Part shown: positions 1-18,071 of the stretch, piece by piece
Numbering within the stretch: position 1 is the stretch's first letter
How the letters are laid out: every line of letters starts with the position of its first letter
Origin: Macrostomum lignano
Taxonomy: Eukaryota
Direction of reading: 5' to 3'
NCBI GenBank assembly: GCA_002269645.1
Contig: NIVC01003847.1
Coordinates: 42,233-73,869, forward strand
DNA length: 31,637 nt
Program-made: the position numbers and the translations under genes
The notes under the pieces: model-generated
What the model was told of the DNA's origin: nothing
What the model saw: only the letters and a program-made list of their open reading frames with translations
Database searches by the model: none

Positions 1-92
1 TTTGTCCTCTGACGGCGGCAGTTCGTCTTGAAGGATTCGATCTGATTGGCTGTCAAACGAACTGCTTCGATCGCTGAGCAGCGGCTCAACAG
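1..92 (-). CDS. MYCBPAP: MYCBPAP exon continuing past the window edge (VEPLLSDRSSSFDSQSDRILQDELPPSEDK)
   Basis: Acceptor accctgcag|CT, phase 1, frame open to base 1. Confidence 0.7.
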   Translation of the reverse strand, partial: MLSRCSAIEAVRLTANQIESFKTNCRRQRT

Positions 93-3000
93 CTGCAGGG
101 TCTCGAATAGTGCGCGGCAGTTTGTTTTGTTATAATGATTTACTTTTTTTCAAAAGTCTTTGTAAACTGAATTTTCCGTCGAAGCTTAATATCTATCATG
201 AAAGGAAAATTATGAAAAAAACTACAGAAAGAAAAAACTAAGTTAATTTAGCGCAATTTTAAATCGAAAGAAACTAAAATTTAAAATGCTACGATTAAAA
301 CAAAAAGAATCGATTTTTTAGGGAAAATGCAACACGTTTGTAGTCTTACTTGGATCCGGGAAGTCCATCTCCATTTCCGGCAGTTTGCGAATGACCCTCT
401 GGTGGTACCAATCGTTGTAGATTTTGTCCATCGTCTCCATGACAATGCCGTAGCTATGGGAATTTGAATTTGAAACAGAAAATTTTGAATAGATAACACA
501 CCATTTACTCGTTTATATCCGCGTTTTCATCCTTATAATAAACAGCACACAAAAATATGCTCATAAAACATCCCAGCTTTTCATCACACGTAACATCCTC
601 ATCACACATCCCAGCTGCTCTTCACACATCCCAGATCCCATCAAACATCCCAGATCCCATCACACATCCCAGATCCCCATCAAACATCCCAGATCCCCAT
701 CACGCATCCCAGATCCCCATCACACATCCCAGATCCCCATCAAACATCCCAGATCCCCATCACACATCCCAGATCCCCATCACACATCCCAGATCCCCAT
801 CAAACATCCCAGATCCCCATCACGCATCCCAGATCCCCATCCCGCATCCCATGCAGATCCCCATCACACATCCCAGATCCCCATCACACATCCCAGATCC
901 TCATCACACATCCCAGAGAACCATCACACATCCCAGATCCCCATCACACATCCCAGAGAACCATCACACATCCCAGATCCCCATCACACACCCCTGTTGC
1001 TCACCACATCAGGTTCTGACTCGCCCGCAGCTCCGAGCGCGGCAGATCAACACTGAAGGACACCCGATTGACGGCGGCGAACAGGCGGCCAGACAGGTCC
1101 TCTCTGCGAGCCTGACGGTCCTCCTCTAGGCTAAGGATTTTCTCGCGAAGAGTCGACACGCTCAGATCCCACTCTGTCGATGGCTCGGCAGCTGTTCCGC
1201 TAGCAGACGCGGCGGCCGCTGCCTCCGTGTCCTTGTGCAGTCGGCGCAGCTGATTCAATGTGTCCAGAGTGCAACTGAGTTTGGGATTCCTGCGCAAGAA
1301 CACCTCCTGCTCCGTGATGTAAGCGTCTATGGGCGTTGTCGGCCGCTCGGGTGCCTGGAGAGTCGGGAGATTCTTTTAAACAGATTGAAGTAGCCAATTA
1401 AAGACTTAACTAGGTATTCGAGTTTTCAATTTGAGACAGAAAGAGTGGGCCCGACCCAATCCGAGTCTACGGGGGAAAGAGATTATGAAACTGGCATGTT
1501 AATAAGCGTTGTCATTGGCTCTTACGTCGGCAGACAGTGGGATAAAGACTTAAGACCAGATAAAGGAGGATCCTGTATTAATTGGAACTTGTTCAGGCTG
1601 ATCAGACGCTGCAAATTCAATTATCAAAGTACAATTTACCTGCCCTGCACTGTAATGTATTTTCTCTCTGTACTGTACATCGCTTTATCGATCGCCCCAA
1701 ACCTCTTCTTGACTCACCAATGCCAGCCACCCTTTTATTGCCGGCCCATTCCTTATCTCTTTTTGCGTCTTTCCACTCTAATGGTCTTCGATATACTAAA
1801 ATATAGATTAAATTGATGTATTGTAGCTTTCGATAGATTTTCGATAGATTTCTGTTTCATGGAGATTATTTCGATGGATACCTGTTCAAATGAGAGGATT
1901 TGATGGATTTATGTTTAATGGAGAGGATTTTGATGGATTTGGAGAGGATTTGGATGACGAGATTTGGGTCATGGGATTCAGCTGATGGATATCAGTGAAT
2001 TGAATTCTGGCGATGGGAGTTCCATCCTCTTTCTCCTCCAAAGGAGGAGTTCCACTCGTCTATATACTAATTTTGCACTGTTTTGATATCTGTATCTAGT
2101 CAAAATTTTCTACGAGCTAATGAAACTGGCTAATATCACGGGGGGCATCACAAACCCGAAAAATCACAACTCCGAAAGTGCTAGCAACGACCAAGTCAAA
2201 CGCTATTTTGGTTTTCGGAGTTATGGTATTTCAGGTTTATGATATTTCGGGTCTATGATATTTCGGGTCTATGATATTTCGGGTCTATGATAATTCGGGT
2301 CTATGATATTTCGGGTCCATGATATTTTGAGTCTATGATATTTCGGGTCTATGATATTTTGGGTCTATGATATTTCGGGTCTATGATATATCGGGTCTAT
2401 GATATTTCGGGTCTGTGATATTTCGGGTCTATGATATTTTGGGTCTATGATATTTCGGGTCTATGATATTTTGAGTCTATGATATTTCGGGTCTATGATA
2501 ATTCGGGTCTATGATATTTCGGGTCCATGATATTTTGAGTCTATGATATTTCGGGTCTATGATATATCGGGTCTATGATATTTCGGGTCTGTGATATTTC
2601 GGGTCTATGATATTTTGAGTCTATGATATTTCGGGTCTATGATATTCGGGTCTATGATATATCGGGTCTATAATATTTCGGGTCTGTGATATTTCGGGGC
2701 GACCCAACCGTAAATATTGTGCTATTTTAATCATCTCCTCTCAATTCAGTGGACAGCAATAAATCTTTGTGGAGGGGGTCATGGCAGGTCAGTTGATCCC
2801 CCCTTCCCACCTGAATTCCGTCGAGAATCTCGTCCAGCAGAGCTCCAACAATCTTAGCCGCCGTCTGGCGCCTTAGCCGCGCCTCCAGCTCGGTCCGCTG
2901 GACGGCCGTGGCGTCCTCCTGCACCGCGATGCCCCGCAGGGTGACCACCAGCCGCGCTCCGCCGCAAACCACCGGCGTTGTCTCCAGCTGCCACTGCTCG

Positions 3001-4414
3001 GCGAACAGTCCCGGCTTGTCCGACTTGAATATGAAAGGAAAATGCAGCGACTCGCCCGGTAGCAGGGCGCCACTGCCCGTGTCAAAATAGAAACGCCGGG
3101 GATTGTCCTGGACTAGGCCAAAAGGATTCGCTTTTGGTAGCTTCTGCAATTTTAGGGAGAGAGATAATAAGTTATAATTTGCCTGCCTTATAGTTTGCGA
3201 TCCGCGTCCAGTATATTTACTAATGACTTCGAAGCAGTAGAATAGCATGCGCATATTTGCAAATAAATTTTCGAGCAAAAAAAACAGGTCATAATTTGTC
3301 ATGTCTGTCTATAGTCGGTCACATCTGTCTAGAATCAGTCCCAATTCTGTCTATAACAGGTCACAATTCTTTTAATTCGTTTTAATGCAAAATTAATGTG
3401 AACACATGTCAAGAATCGGTCACAATCCTGTATAGAATCGGTAACAATCCTGTATAGAATCGGTAACAATCCTGTCTAGAATCGGTCACAATCCTGTCTA
3501 GAATCGGTCACAATCCTGTCTAGAATCGGTCACAATCCTGTCTAGAATCGGTCACAATCCTGTCTAGAATCGGTCACAATTCTGTCTACAATCGGTCACA
3601 ATCCTCTAAAATCGCCTTAACCGAAATTCACGGTCCCAATCGGTCCCACCTGTCTATTGTCGGTCGCAATCCTGTCTAGAATGAGTCACACCTAAAAAAC
3701 ACGCAATTAAAAGCATAAATTCATAAGAGGCGCCCACCTTCCACCGATAAAAGAGAACAGTGGACCCGTCATTTTCAATGTTAAGACATTGCGAGGTTGG
3801 CCGCCCAGCTGGCGTCTCAAGGATGACTCGGGCCTCGATGCCGACGGTGTCCTGATAGGAGGTTGGGTCTCCGAGCCACCGGGCTGGCTGCCCACCGAAC
3901 AGGAGCGACGGTCCGGCCACCAGCGAACCGTCAGCAGCGGCTTGCCTGCTCGAAATTAAAATATAGGTTAGGAACAGTTGCTTTTTGTTGCTGGGATTTT
4001 AATTGACGCCTTTTTGGAGATATAAAGATAGCAGAGTCTGGTTAACTATTTTGAAACTGAGCAGTGACGGGGATTTGGTTGAAAAATGAGTTAAACTGAT
4101 GAATGGTAAAGTGAGAGAACGGAAGAGAGAAAAGAGAGAGATAAGAGAGAGATGGGAGAGAGAAGGGAGAGAGAAGGAGAGAGAGAGAAGGGAGAGAAGG
4201 GAGAGAGAGAGAGAAGGGAGAGAGAGAGAAGGGATAGAGAAGGGAGAGAAGGGAGGGAGAGAGAAGGGAGAGAGAAGGGAGAGAAGGGAGAGAGAATGGA
4301 GAGAAGGGAGAGAAGGGAGAGAGAGAGAAGGGAGAGAGAGAAGGGAGAGAGAATGGAGAGAAGGGAGAGAGAGAAGGGAGAGAGAAGGGAAAGAAGGGAG
4401 AGAGAAGGGAAAGA

Positions 4415-4476
<62 letters not shown>

Positions 4477-4524
4477 GAGAGAGAAGGGAGAGAGAAGGGA
4501 AAGAAGGGAGAGAGAAGGGAAAGA

Positions 4525-4617
<93 letters not shown>

Positions 4618-7600
4618 GAGAGAGAAGGGAGAGAGAATGGAGAGAGAGAAAAGAGAGAGAAAAGGGAAATAGAAGGGAAAGAGAGAGAGAGACTGGGAAG
4701 AGAGAGGAGAGAGAAGGGAGAGAGAAGGGAGAGAGAGAAGAGAGACAGGGAAGAGAAGAGAGAGAAAAGGAAGAGGGAGGATGAAATGAAGAGATAAATG
4801 GGTTGGCGAAACTAACACAAAGCCTAAGCAGCAATTACTTCACGGAATCGGATACTTCACATATTTAAAATAAGCGCACACAACCACATAGGTGTTAGCA
4901 CAGTACATGGATAAACTGGCTCCAATATGACTATCAGACTATCATTAATGAGTGAATAGTAGTTGGCATAATGAGAGAATTTTGCCCAACTATCCAACTT
5001 AATAAATCGAAAACGAACAACAAATATTGAGGTAATGAAGATGGCAGTTAATCTTCTTACTCACTATCTTCCCGAATAAATCTGCAATACGTACGCAAAG
5101 CATTTAATAGCGTGCATGAAGACGTGGTCTATTTGCACTGTTTCAGTGTAATAGTGGACAAGGTCATCTAAGAATAACATTTAGACTGTATATATTCAGG
5201 TAGTCCTTGTCACCTGTCATTGTCGTCCGGTCCGCGCCGATTGCCACCAGCTGCCGAGGACAGCGACGTTGATGCCCGACTCCGCTTGGTGGTCACCGAC
5301 GGCGTCACAGCTGTTGTCGGCCTCGACCGGACGGTAGCGTGTCCAGCGGCTCCGGCCGCCGATCGGCCGACCACCTCCAGCTGGTCAAAGTCCGGCAGGT
5401 GCGGATCCAGCTCGTCCATTACTTGGCGCAGTTCTGTTGTTCGACGCTGATAAAATGGCCCTTTCCAGGGATAACGACGGCCAGCGCTGCTGCCGCGGCC
5501 CCGGGCAGTGGAGGCGGGCACCCAGTCCAGGCCGCGCTCCGTCCGCGCCAGGCGCGAATGCCCGACGTGCTCAGTGGGCGGCGGATAGCCTTTCTGCGTC
5601 TGAGTCAGCGTGGCACTGGGCGGTGGTGAGGTGGTGAGGTTTATACGCTTTAAAACTTGCGCCAATTGAAAGGAAACAACGAAGCTTTTACCATAGACAA
5701 CAAGCATTCAGCGTGAACTAATGTCAGATTGTGTCCATGCTTTTGCCATAGACAGTGGGGCATTACTGCACGCCGAGGGCATGTTGTCTATGGAAAAACT
5801 CCTATACAGTTGTTGTCTAGCTTAGAATTGACAATGTGATCTTGTGGACAAGATGTTGCCAGCAGCCCTGACAGCTCTATTGATTGTAAAAAAAATAACG
5901 TAAAATTTACACCATGCATTGATAAATAAAATTATTTAAACTAGCTAGCATCTAACTAAACATGCTGGTACTTTGTGTGACAATTGCTTAATAGATAATT
6001 AGCGTTTAGGATAAGGTGTTACCCGATTATTAATATACATTATTTTTCATGCAGAGACACGCTCTGGTATGTTCGTAAAACTAGTCGTGAAAATACCCGG
6101 TATTTCAGCAGCTCTCACAGCAGTCCCGAAGAAGTGCACTCGGGCATCTTCAAAGTCAGCCGAGATTTTCTTTATATTGTTGTTTTTTAATGTTAATAAA
6201 GGTGCTTGTTATGCAAGTTTACGTTAGTAGCCACATGTAATTAGTTAGCTGGGCTAAATTGCTCATTAGAGAAAGAAGTACATTTATAACAAGAAGTCTT
6301 ACTGGATTCCGCTCTCTTCGTCTCCGATACGTCCGGCCTGGTTCCAGAATTCACTGCCGACTCGGTCTGGAGTTCATGGTGGAGAGTGCAGGGGTGAGGT
6401 TGTTGCACGCATTGTTTGCGTGATTGGGTGGCGGGGCGGAGGGTGGGTTGGGGTTGTTGCATGCATTGTTTGCGTGATTGGGTGGCGGGGCGGAGGGTGG
6501 GTTGGGGTTGTTGCACGCATTGTTTGCGTGATTGGGTGGCGGGGCGGAGGGTGGGTTGGGGTTGTTGCACGCATTGTTTGCGTGACTATGTGGCTGGCGG
6601 AGGGTGGGATGGGGTTGTTGCACGCGCTGTTTGCATGATCATACAGTAAAATGAACTAAAACTAACAATGTCTTGAACCTTGTTACAGTCAAAAATGAAA
6701 CTTACATCCCTTCCCGTAGTCGTAGAACGGAATAGCCCGATCAATTAGATGTTTCTCTTCGTGCAGAGTTCTCTCCTCTTCGCCCATGTTCATCACCAGC
6801 TCACTTGGCGGTCTGTGCAGCAGCTCTGGAGGATTGTGAAAATGAAAGTGATATTGAAAACATTCCATTACATGATAAATAGTGCAATGTGCATCACCAT
6901 CGTTTTTTAAAAAGTTTAAACGAACTGGAAATGTATCCCTGCTGGCGTTTCCTCTCGGTCATCTGGCGCTCCCAATTGCGCAGGGCGGCGCTCTCCTCGG
7001 CTCCCAGATCTTCAGCTGGGAACGGGAAGCCCCCGGTTGGCGGCTTCTTGGCGTACTTCACCGACAGCCTTCCCGTGTCGCCGCCGGCCCCGCCGCTTGT
7101 GCCAACTGGTCGGGGCGTTTTGAACGCCTCCGGCACGTCTTCCTGGCTGAGCTGGCCTTTGAGCACGGCCAGACGATAGAACTCCTCGGGCTGCCCAGGA
7201 TGCTGTGCGGAATCAGCCGGCCGTGATCGTCGAATCGCGGGCCCATGTGGGCGGCGGCGTCCGAAGCCTTCAGCGGCGCGTCCGGTGGCGCCCGTCGCAG
7301 GAGGCCAATTCGTTTCAACAGCGGCCGGCGCTCCGCCTCGGGGATCTCGCGGCGCACCGCCACCTTCTGGTAGGCTTCGGCGGCCGCGGCGGCGGCAGCG
7401 GCTGCGTCTCGCTTGGACAGCTGGGGGGGAAGATGGGTCGGCGATTGCTTTGGGGAAAATGAAGAATGTCAAGGCGACAGTCGGACCGCAGCAGCTAGCG
7501 AAGAGACCGGAAGTCATGGTCAATTCCACTGACACCGGATCACGCAGGGTGTACAGCGGCCCTGACTTTCTCGTCTTCATAGGCATCTCTAATGGGTTGG

Positions 7601-9178
7601 GCCAATAGAAGACCAAATACGTTGACCAAACAGTCCAGTACTCACATTGGTCAGGTCCTCTTCCTTGACCTGCAACCTGGCGATCTCCTCATTGAAGATG
7701 ACATTCCTTCGCTGCGTCTCGGCCGTCGAGTTGGCGTCCTCCTCTTTGTCCGGCGAATTTCCGTCCCGTTTCTGCTTCTGCTTCTTGTCTGCGCCGAGGC
7801 GGCGGGTGTGGTGGCAGGGTTTTTACGGTTTTTTTAGTATTCAGTATTTTTTAACTACTAAAAGTAGTGAAGCAAGAAAAAGGTAGTTCATTTGCTTGTG
7901 ATCGATTCAGATGATTTAGGAAAAGCTCCAAGGACACAATTAGGGCCTCAAATACCCACCGCATGCAGTGAAGTGATGACGTAATTGATTTTTTGAAATT
8001 CCTAGAATTCTACATCTAAAATAAAAAAAGTTCTGTCTTTAATTTAAAAATGTGATTGCAATTAAATGGATTCCTATTGAATCGTTCACCATCGCCTGTT
8101 TCGTCTTCTGACTCTTCAAGAATTCCTGAAAAGTGCAAGAAAATTCGGGAAACTGTTTCTGAAGGATTTATAACTGAAGTTTAGCCCCACTGACTGTCTA
8201 TATGGGTGTGACAGCATCAGCCCACTGATTGTCTATGGGTGTGACAGCATCAGCCCACTGATTGTCTATATGGATGTGACAGCATCAGCCCACTGATTGT
8301 CTATGGGTGTGACAGCATCAGCCCACTGATTGTCTATATGGGTGTGACAGCATCAGCCCACTGATTGTCTATATGGGTGTGACAGCATCAGCCCACTTAC
8401 TGTCTATGGGTGTGACAGCATCAGCCCACTGACTGTCTATGGGTGTGACAGCATCAGCCCACTGATTGTCTATATGGATGTGACAGCATCAGCCCACTGA
8501 TTGTCTATGGGTGTGACAGCATCAGCCCACTGATTGTCTATATGGGTGTGACAGCATCAGCCCACTGACTGTCTACGGGTGTGATAGCATCAGCCCACTG
8601 ACTGTCTGTGGGTGTAACGACATCAGCTTAAAATATAGATATTTTCAGAAAGACATCACAGACACACTCTCACACTTACACATGCAAAGAAGGCTCTCAC
8701 AGTACGGCGCGAGCTATCCCAATAACTTACACACTGAATTCTAGAAAAGTGCATGTTTATAGTAGCACAAAAAATATAGGCTATTCAGTGAAATCCAGTG
8801 AAGATTTATGATTGATTCTGATTGCACAGGAGGCAATAAAACTTTGTCAGAACAGTCAGAGGTAATAAAAAGTCTAACAAAAAAGAAGGAACTGTGTAAA
8901 CACAAGCAGCACAAAAATCTATATTAAAAAGTTTGGGCGCGTGTGTGTGTACCATCCGGGATTTCTGCTTCCTTAGTAACCAGTTTCTCTGCAAATATGG
9001 TAGTAATAGACCATTGCAATTTTGTGCCTGGGTATGCATGCATATAGACACGAAAGAGGACATGAGAGAAATATGACTTAACGACATAAAAAGAAATTCT
9101 GCAAAATAGATTATTTTTTTCTAAAAACTCACTTGGAGCAACAGACACACGTCTGCTTGTGCTACCTTGCTTTGACAT
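1..9178 (-). CDS. MYCBPAP: MYCBP-associated protein (AMAP1/MYCBPAP-like) gene, 3'-truncated by the window edge. Coding exons: 9178-9133, 7788-7646, 7420-6926, 6825-6706, 6366-6303, 5615-5214, 3945-3738, 3143-2811, 1354-1005, 453-350, 92-1 (about 786 codons in window)
   Basis: All ten introns are GT..AG and phases agree at every junction once 1 nt is restored near 7189. The spliced product contains blocks I recognise from MYCBPAP: RRNVIFNEEIARLQVKEEDL, GPRFDDHGRLIPHSILGSPEEF, ESAALRNWERQMTERKRQQ, LIDRAIP..YGKGYRVGSEFW, TLTQTQKGYPPP, LNIENDGSTVLFYRWK, LLPGESLHFPFIFKS..GLFAEQWQLET, PTTPIDAYITEQEVF. Recall only, no search. Confidence 0.88.
350..453 (-). CDS. MYCBPAP: MYCBPAP exon (YGIVMETMDKIYNDWYHQRVIRKLPEMEMDFPDP)
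   Basis: Acceptor attcccatag|C, donor A|GTAAGA, 104 nt, phase 2 to 1. Confidence 0.78.
600..990. repeat. Intronic minisatellite, about 20-bp unit CCCCATCACACATCCCAGAT
   Basis: Tandem copies read directly; they end about 15 nt from the donor at 1004. Confidence 0.95.
1005..1354 (-). CDS. MYCBPAP: MYCBPAP exon (APERPTTPIDAYITEQEVFLRRNP...EWDLSVSTLREKIL...)
   Basis: Acceptor cgactctccag|GCA, donor TG|GTGAGC, 350 nt, phase 0 to 2. Confidence 0.87.
2147..2702. repeat. 16-bp minisatellite (TATGATATTTCGGGTC, about 29 copies) preceded by a short inverted copy; foldback/MITE-like
   Basis: 2147-2177 is the reverse complement of 2213-2243 (26/31 match); the array continues to about 2700. Confidence 0.85.
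2811..3143 (-). CDS. MYCBPAP: MYCBPAP exon (KLPKANPFG...FYFDTGSGALLPGESLHFPFIFKS...ILDGIQ)
   Basis: Acceptor ctctccctaaaattgcag|AAG, donor CAG|GTGGGA, 333 nt, phase 0 to 0. Confidence 0.9.
3305..3690. repeat. 22-bp minisatellite AATCGGTCACAATCCTGTCTAG (clean core about 3413-3600, degenerate flanks)
   Basis: Tandem copies read directly. Confidence 0.9.
3738..3945 (-). CDS. MYCBPAP: MYCBPAP exon (GPSLLFGGQPARW...CLNIENDGSTVLFYRWK)
   Basis: Acceptor ttaatttcgagcag|G, donor AAG|GTGGGC, 208 nt, phase 2 to 0. Confidence 0.88.
4105..4790. repeat. GA-rich compound microsatellite: (GA)n plus GAGAGAAGG-type units
   Basis: Almost pure purine tract; source of the spurious ERER/SLSL ORFs. Confidence 0.97.
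5214..5615 (-). CDS. MYCBPAP: MYCBPAP exon (ATLTQTQKGYPPP...ELDPHLPDFDQLEVVG...)
   Basis: Acceptor ccgcccag|T, donor AG|GTGACA, 402 nt, phase 2 to 2. Confidence 0.87.
5691..5793. mobile_element. Small MITE-like element with 12-bp TIR CCATAGACAACA
   Basis: ccatagacaaca (5691) and tgttgtctatgg (5782-5793) are exact inverted repeats. The TSD is not clean (TA left, AA right). Confidence 0.4.
6303..6366 (-). CDS. MYCBPAP: MYCBPAP exon (RVGSEFWNQAGRIGDEESGI)
   Basis: Acceptor aactccag|AC, donor CA|GTAAGA, 64 nt, phase 1 to 2. Confidence 0.88.
6399..6637. repeat. 60-bp minisatellite, 4 copies, filling most of the 6367-6705 intron
   Basis: Unit GTTGTTGCACGCATTGTTTGCGTGATTGGGTGGCGGGGCGGAGGGTGGGTTGGG-like, read directly. 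Confidence 0.95.
6706..6825 (-). CDS. MYCBPAP: MYCBPAP exon (LLHRPPSELVMNMGEEERTLHEEKHLIDRAIPFYDYGKG)
   Basis: Acceptor atcctccag|AG, donor T|GTAAGT, 120 nt, phase 1 to 1. Confidence 0.88.
6926..7420 (-). CDS. MYCBPAP: MYCBPAP exon with an apparent 1-nt deletion near 7189
   Basis: Acceptor cttcccccccag|CTG, donor A|GTTCGT. The conserved PHSILGS and PEEFYRL lie in different frames; the exon is 495 nt but its flanking phases need 3n+1 (496). Confidence 0.85.
7646..7788 (-). CDS. MYCBPAP: MYCBPAP exon (KKQKQKRDGNSPDKEEDANSTAETQRRNVIFNEEIARLQVKEEDLTN)
   Basis: Acceptor gcgcag|AC, donor AAT|GTGAGT, 143 nt, phase 1 to 0. Confidence 0.8.
8183..8628. repeat. 33/35-bp minisatellite CAGCCCACTGATTGTCTAT(AT)GGGTGTGACAGCAT, about 13 copies
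   Basis: Head-to-tail copies with no spacers. Confidence 0.95.
9133..9178 (-). CDS. MYCBPAP: MYCBPAP first coding exon (MSKQGSTSRRVSVAP)
   Basis: ATG at 9178, donor A|GTGAGT at 9132, phase 1, matching the next exon. Confidence 0.65.
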
Positions 9179-9312
9179 GATTGTTTGATTTTTAAAATCT
9201 GCATTTAAAACTAAAAACTAAATTTGATTTTCAATCTGGTTTAGTCAACCGAGAAAAAATGCAAAATTTAAACTCGCGCCAAAATATAACGAAAATAACC
9301 ACGCAAGCTCCA

Positions 9313-16515
<7,203 letters not shown>

Positions 16516-17074
16516 AATTACCGCCACCGCCGCTGCCGCCGCCGCTACTTCCGGCGCTTTTAATTGCAATTGACGCATCTACCTGTTGCTTCAGTTGATT
16601 TTGCTGATTTCTATGGGACCTGCGCTGCATGATCTGATGCATACAACTCAGTTCATAGGATTTCTATGGGAGTTCGCAGAGTTATATATGATATATATAT
16701 ATATAACGGATTTGGAAAGCAGGATGGTATCTATCAGCATGCGCGCTTTGAGGGAAGAAAATGGGATGACTGCCTTGCAATAAAAAGCAGAATTTTCTAT
16801 GTGGGGAAGGGGTTAATGGCCACAAAAAACTGAAATTGTGCGTAAAGAAGACTAAAAGCTATAGCTTCTGAAGTGTCCCAGCAGACAATGAAAGTATTGT
16901 GATATCTGACAATGAATCTTTAAGCCTTGTACTTGTGAAGATTTTGCTCCGAGGCCTGGAAGCAGAGGGTCTCTAATCTCCATCCCTTCGCGTAACCAAC
17001 TGTGGCTTTTCAACAATTTTCCCTTTGCTTCCCCCCTCCCCAGCAGCAGCGCTCGATAACTCTGCTCCTCGCGT

Positions 17075-17089
17075 GTTGCCATTGGCAAC
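17075..17089. promoter_or_regulatory. Perfect palindromic RFX X-box (GTTGCC-ATT-GGCAAC)
   Basis: Exact match to GTNRCC-N0-3-RGYAAC; function inferred. Confidence 0.5.
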
Positions 17090-17961
17090 CAATAAATTGA
17101 AGCTTTTAGCCCCCTTGCAGCAGACTCCACAAAGTTGGAAAATGGAATTGGCACCATCAGTCGCGTGGAAAGCTTTTTTAAGTGCAAACTGCCAGCTAGC
17201 TAATTGAGTCAGCTAATGACAAATGTGGCTTTGCCAGACCATTCGGCAGTTTAGGAATCCAATACATGTTTTTGGATAAAACTCAAAGATGAATATAGCT
17301 AAAGCTTCATTTTTGTGACCTTAATATTGACTATAATTATCTATACTGACGACTGTAAAATATTCCAAAAAGCGTTAAATATAATTGGAATTGCCATTTG
17401 AAAAAAGGGAGCATGTTTAGACGGATATAAAATCGGGCAGCTGCAGGCTACAGGATCTCAGACGATATTGAAGAACGATATTTTTAAATACAGTGAAATA
17501 GCTTATCAACAAAGTACATTTCGAGTGCTCATACCCTACTATAAGTAGACAATAATGCACCCGAAAAGTCAAACGAGGTACATGCAGCGTCGAGTTGTAT
17601 GCGCTAATGTAATGCTGTCTTTGTAAGTACAGTAAAAGTTATAATATAAATTTTGCCAAATATTTGACATCTCTATATCTATTACAGCAAAAATTCATTT
17701 TTTCTTATTCCTCCAGTAATTAACTCAAAAAGTAAACACTTTACTTTTTTTCTGTTTCGCTCGTTTCGGTAACATATATATAATATTAATACAAATGGCA
17801 AGTCCGAAAAAATTCAAAGCACTGTCGAAGAACTCAATTTTGTTTTTGGCATGATAGTGGCTGAATTTTCTCTACAGCAGTTACAAATCACTGACTAGGG
17901 GTTAAAGACTATGGACGGGGTTAAGTTACAATATAACATACTCGTTTGGGCAATGGCAAAT

Positions 17962-18071
17962 GGTTCCTGGACACTTCGTCATCTTACCACTTCGTCATCC
18001 AGCTGACAAAGGGACCATGGTTTTAGGATGCTTGGAAGTGGTAAGATGACAATCGAAGTGTCTAAGGAACC
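17962..18071. mobile_element. 110-bp hairpin/MITE-like element with about 40-bp imperfect TIRs
   Basis: ggttcctggacacttcg..tcatcttaccacttc pairs with gaagtggtaagatgac..cgaagtgtctaaggaacc. Confidence 0.55.

Noticed and set aside
557-1129. 190-aa plus-strand ORF with SQIPITHPRSPS repeats
   Set aside because: Translation of an intronic minisatellite plus the antisense strand of a MYCBPAP exon.
1445-1816. 123-aa plus-strand ORF starting at GTG inside a MYCBPAP intron
   Set aside because: No recognisable motif, no ATG start and no convincing splice context; possibly an LTR-like insert, but I found no termini.
4042-4834. Four long ORFs (ER-rich and SL-rich)
   Set aside because: Products of a GA microsatellite that lacks stops by composition.
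6894-7616. 240-aa ORF as a single coding unit
   Set aside because: Only its last third is the true MYCBPAP frame; the rest is intron and an off-frame reading joined by the 1-nt deletion.
8183-8628. CRISPR-like 33-35-bp repeat array (also 30048-30757)
   Set aside because: Units are head-to-tail with no unique spacers, the context is eukaryotic and intronic, and there are no cas genes.
16852-17207. Overlapping ORFs (minus MATREEQSY..., plus AALDNSAPRVLP...)
   Set aside because: Neither could be linked in phase to a neighbouring exon with confidence, and the minus ATG is part of the X-box palindrome. Left uncalled.
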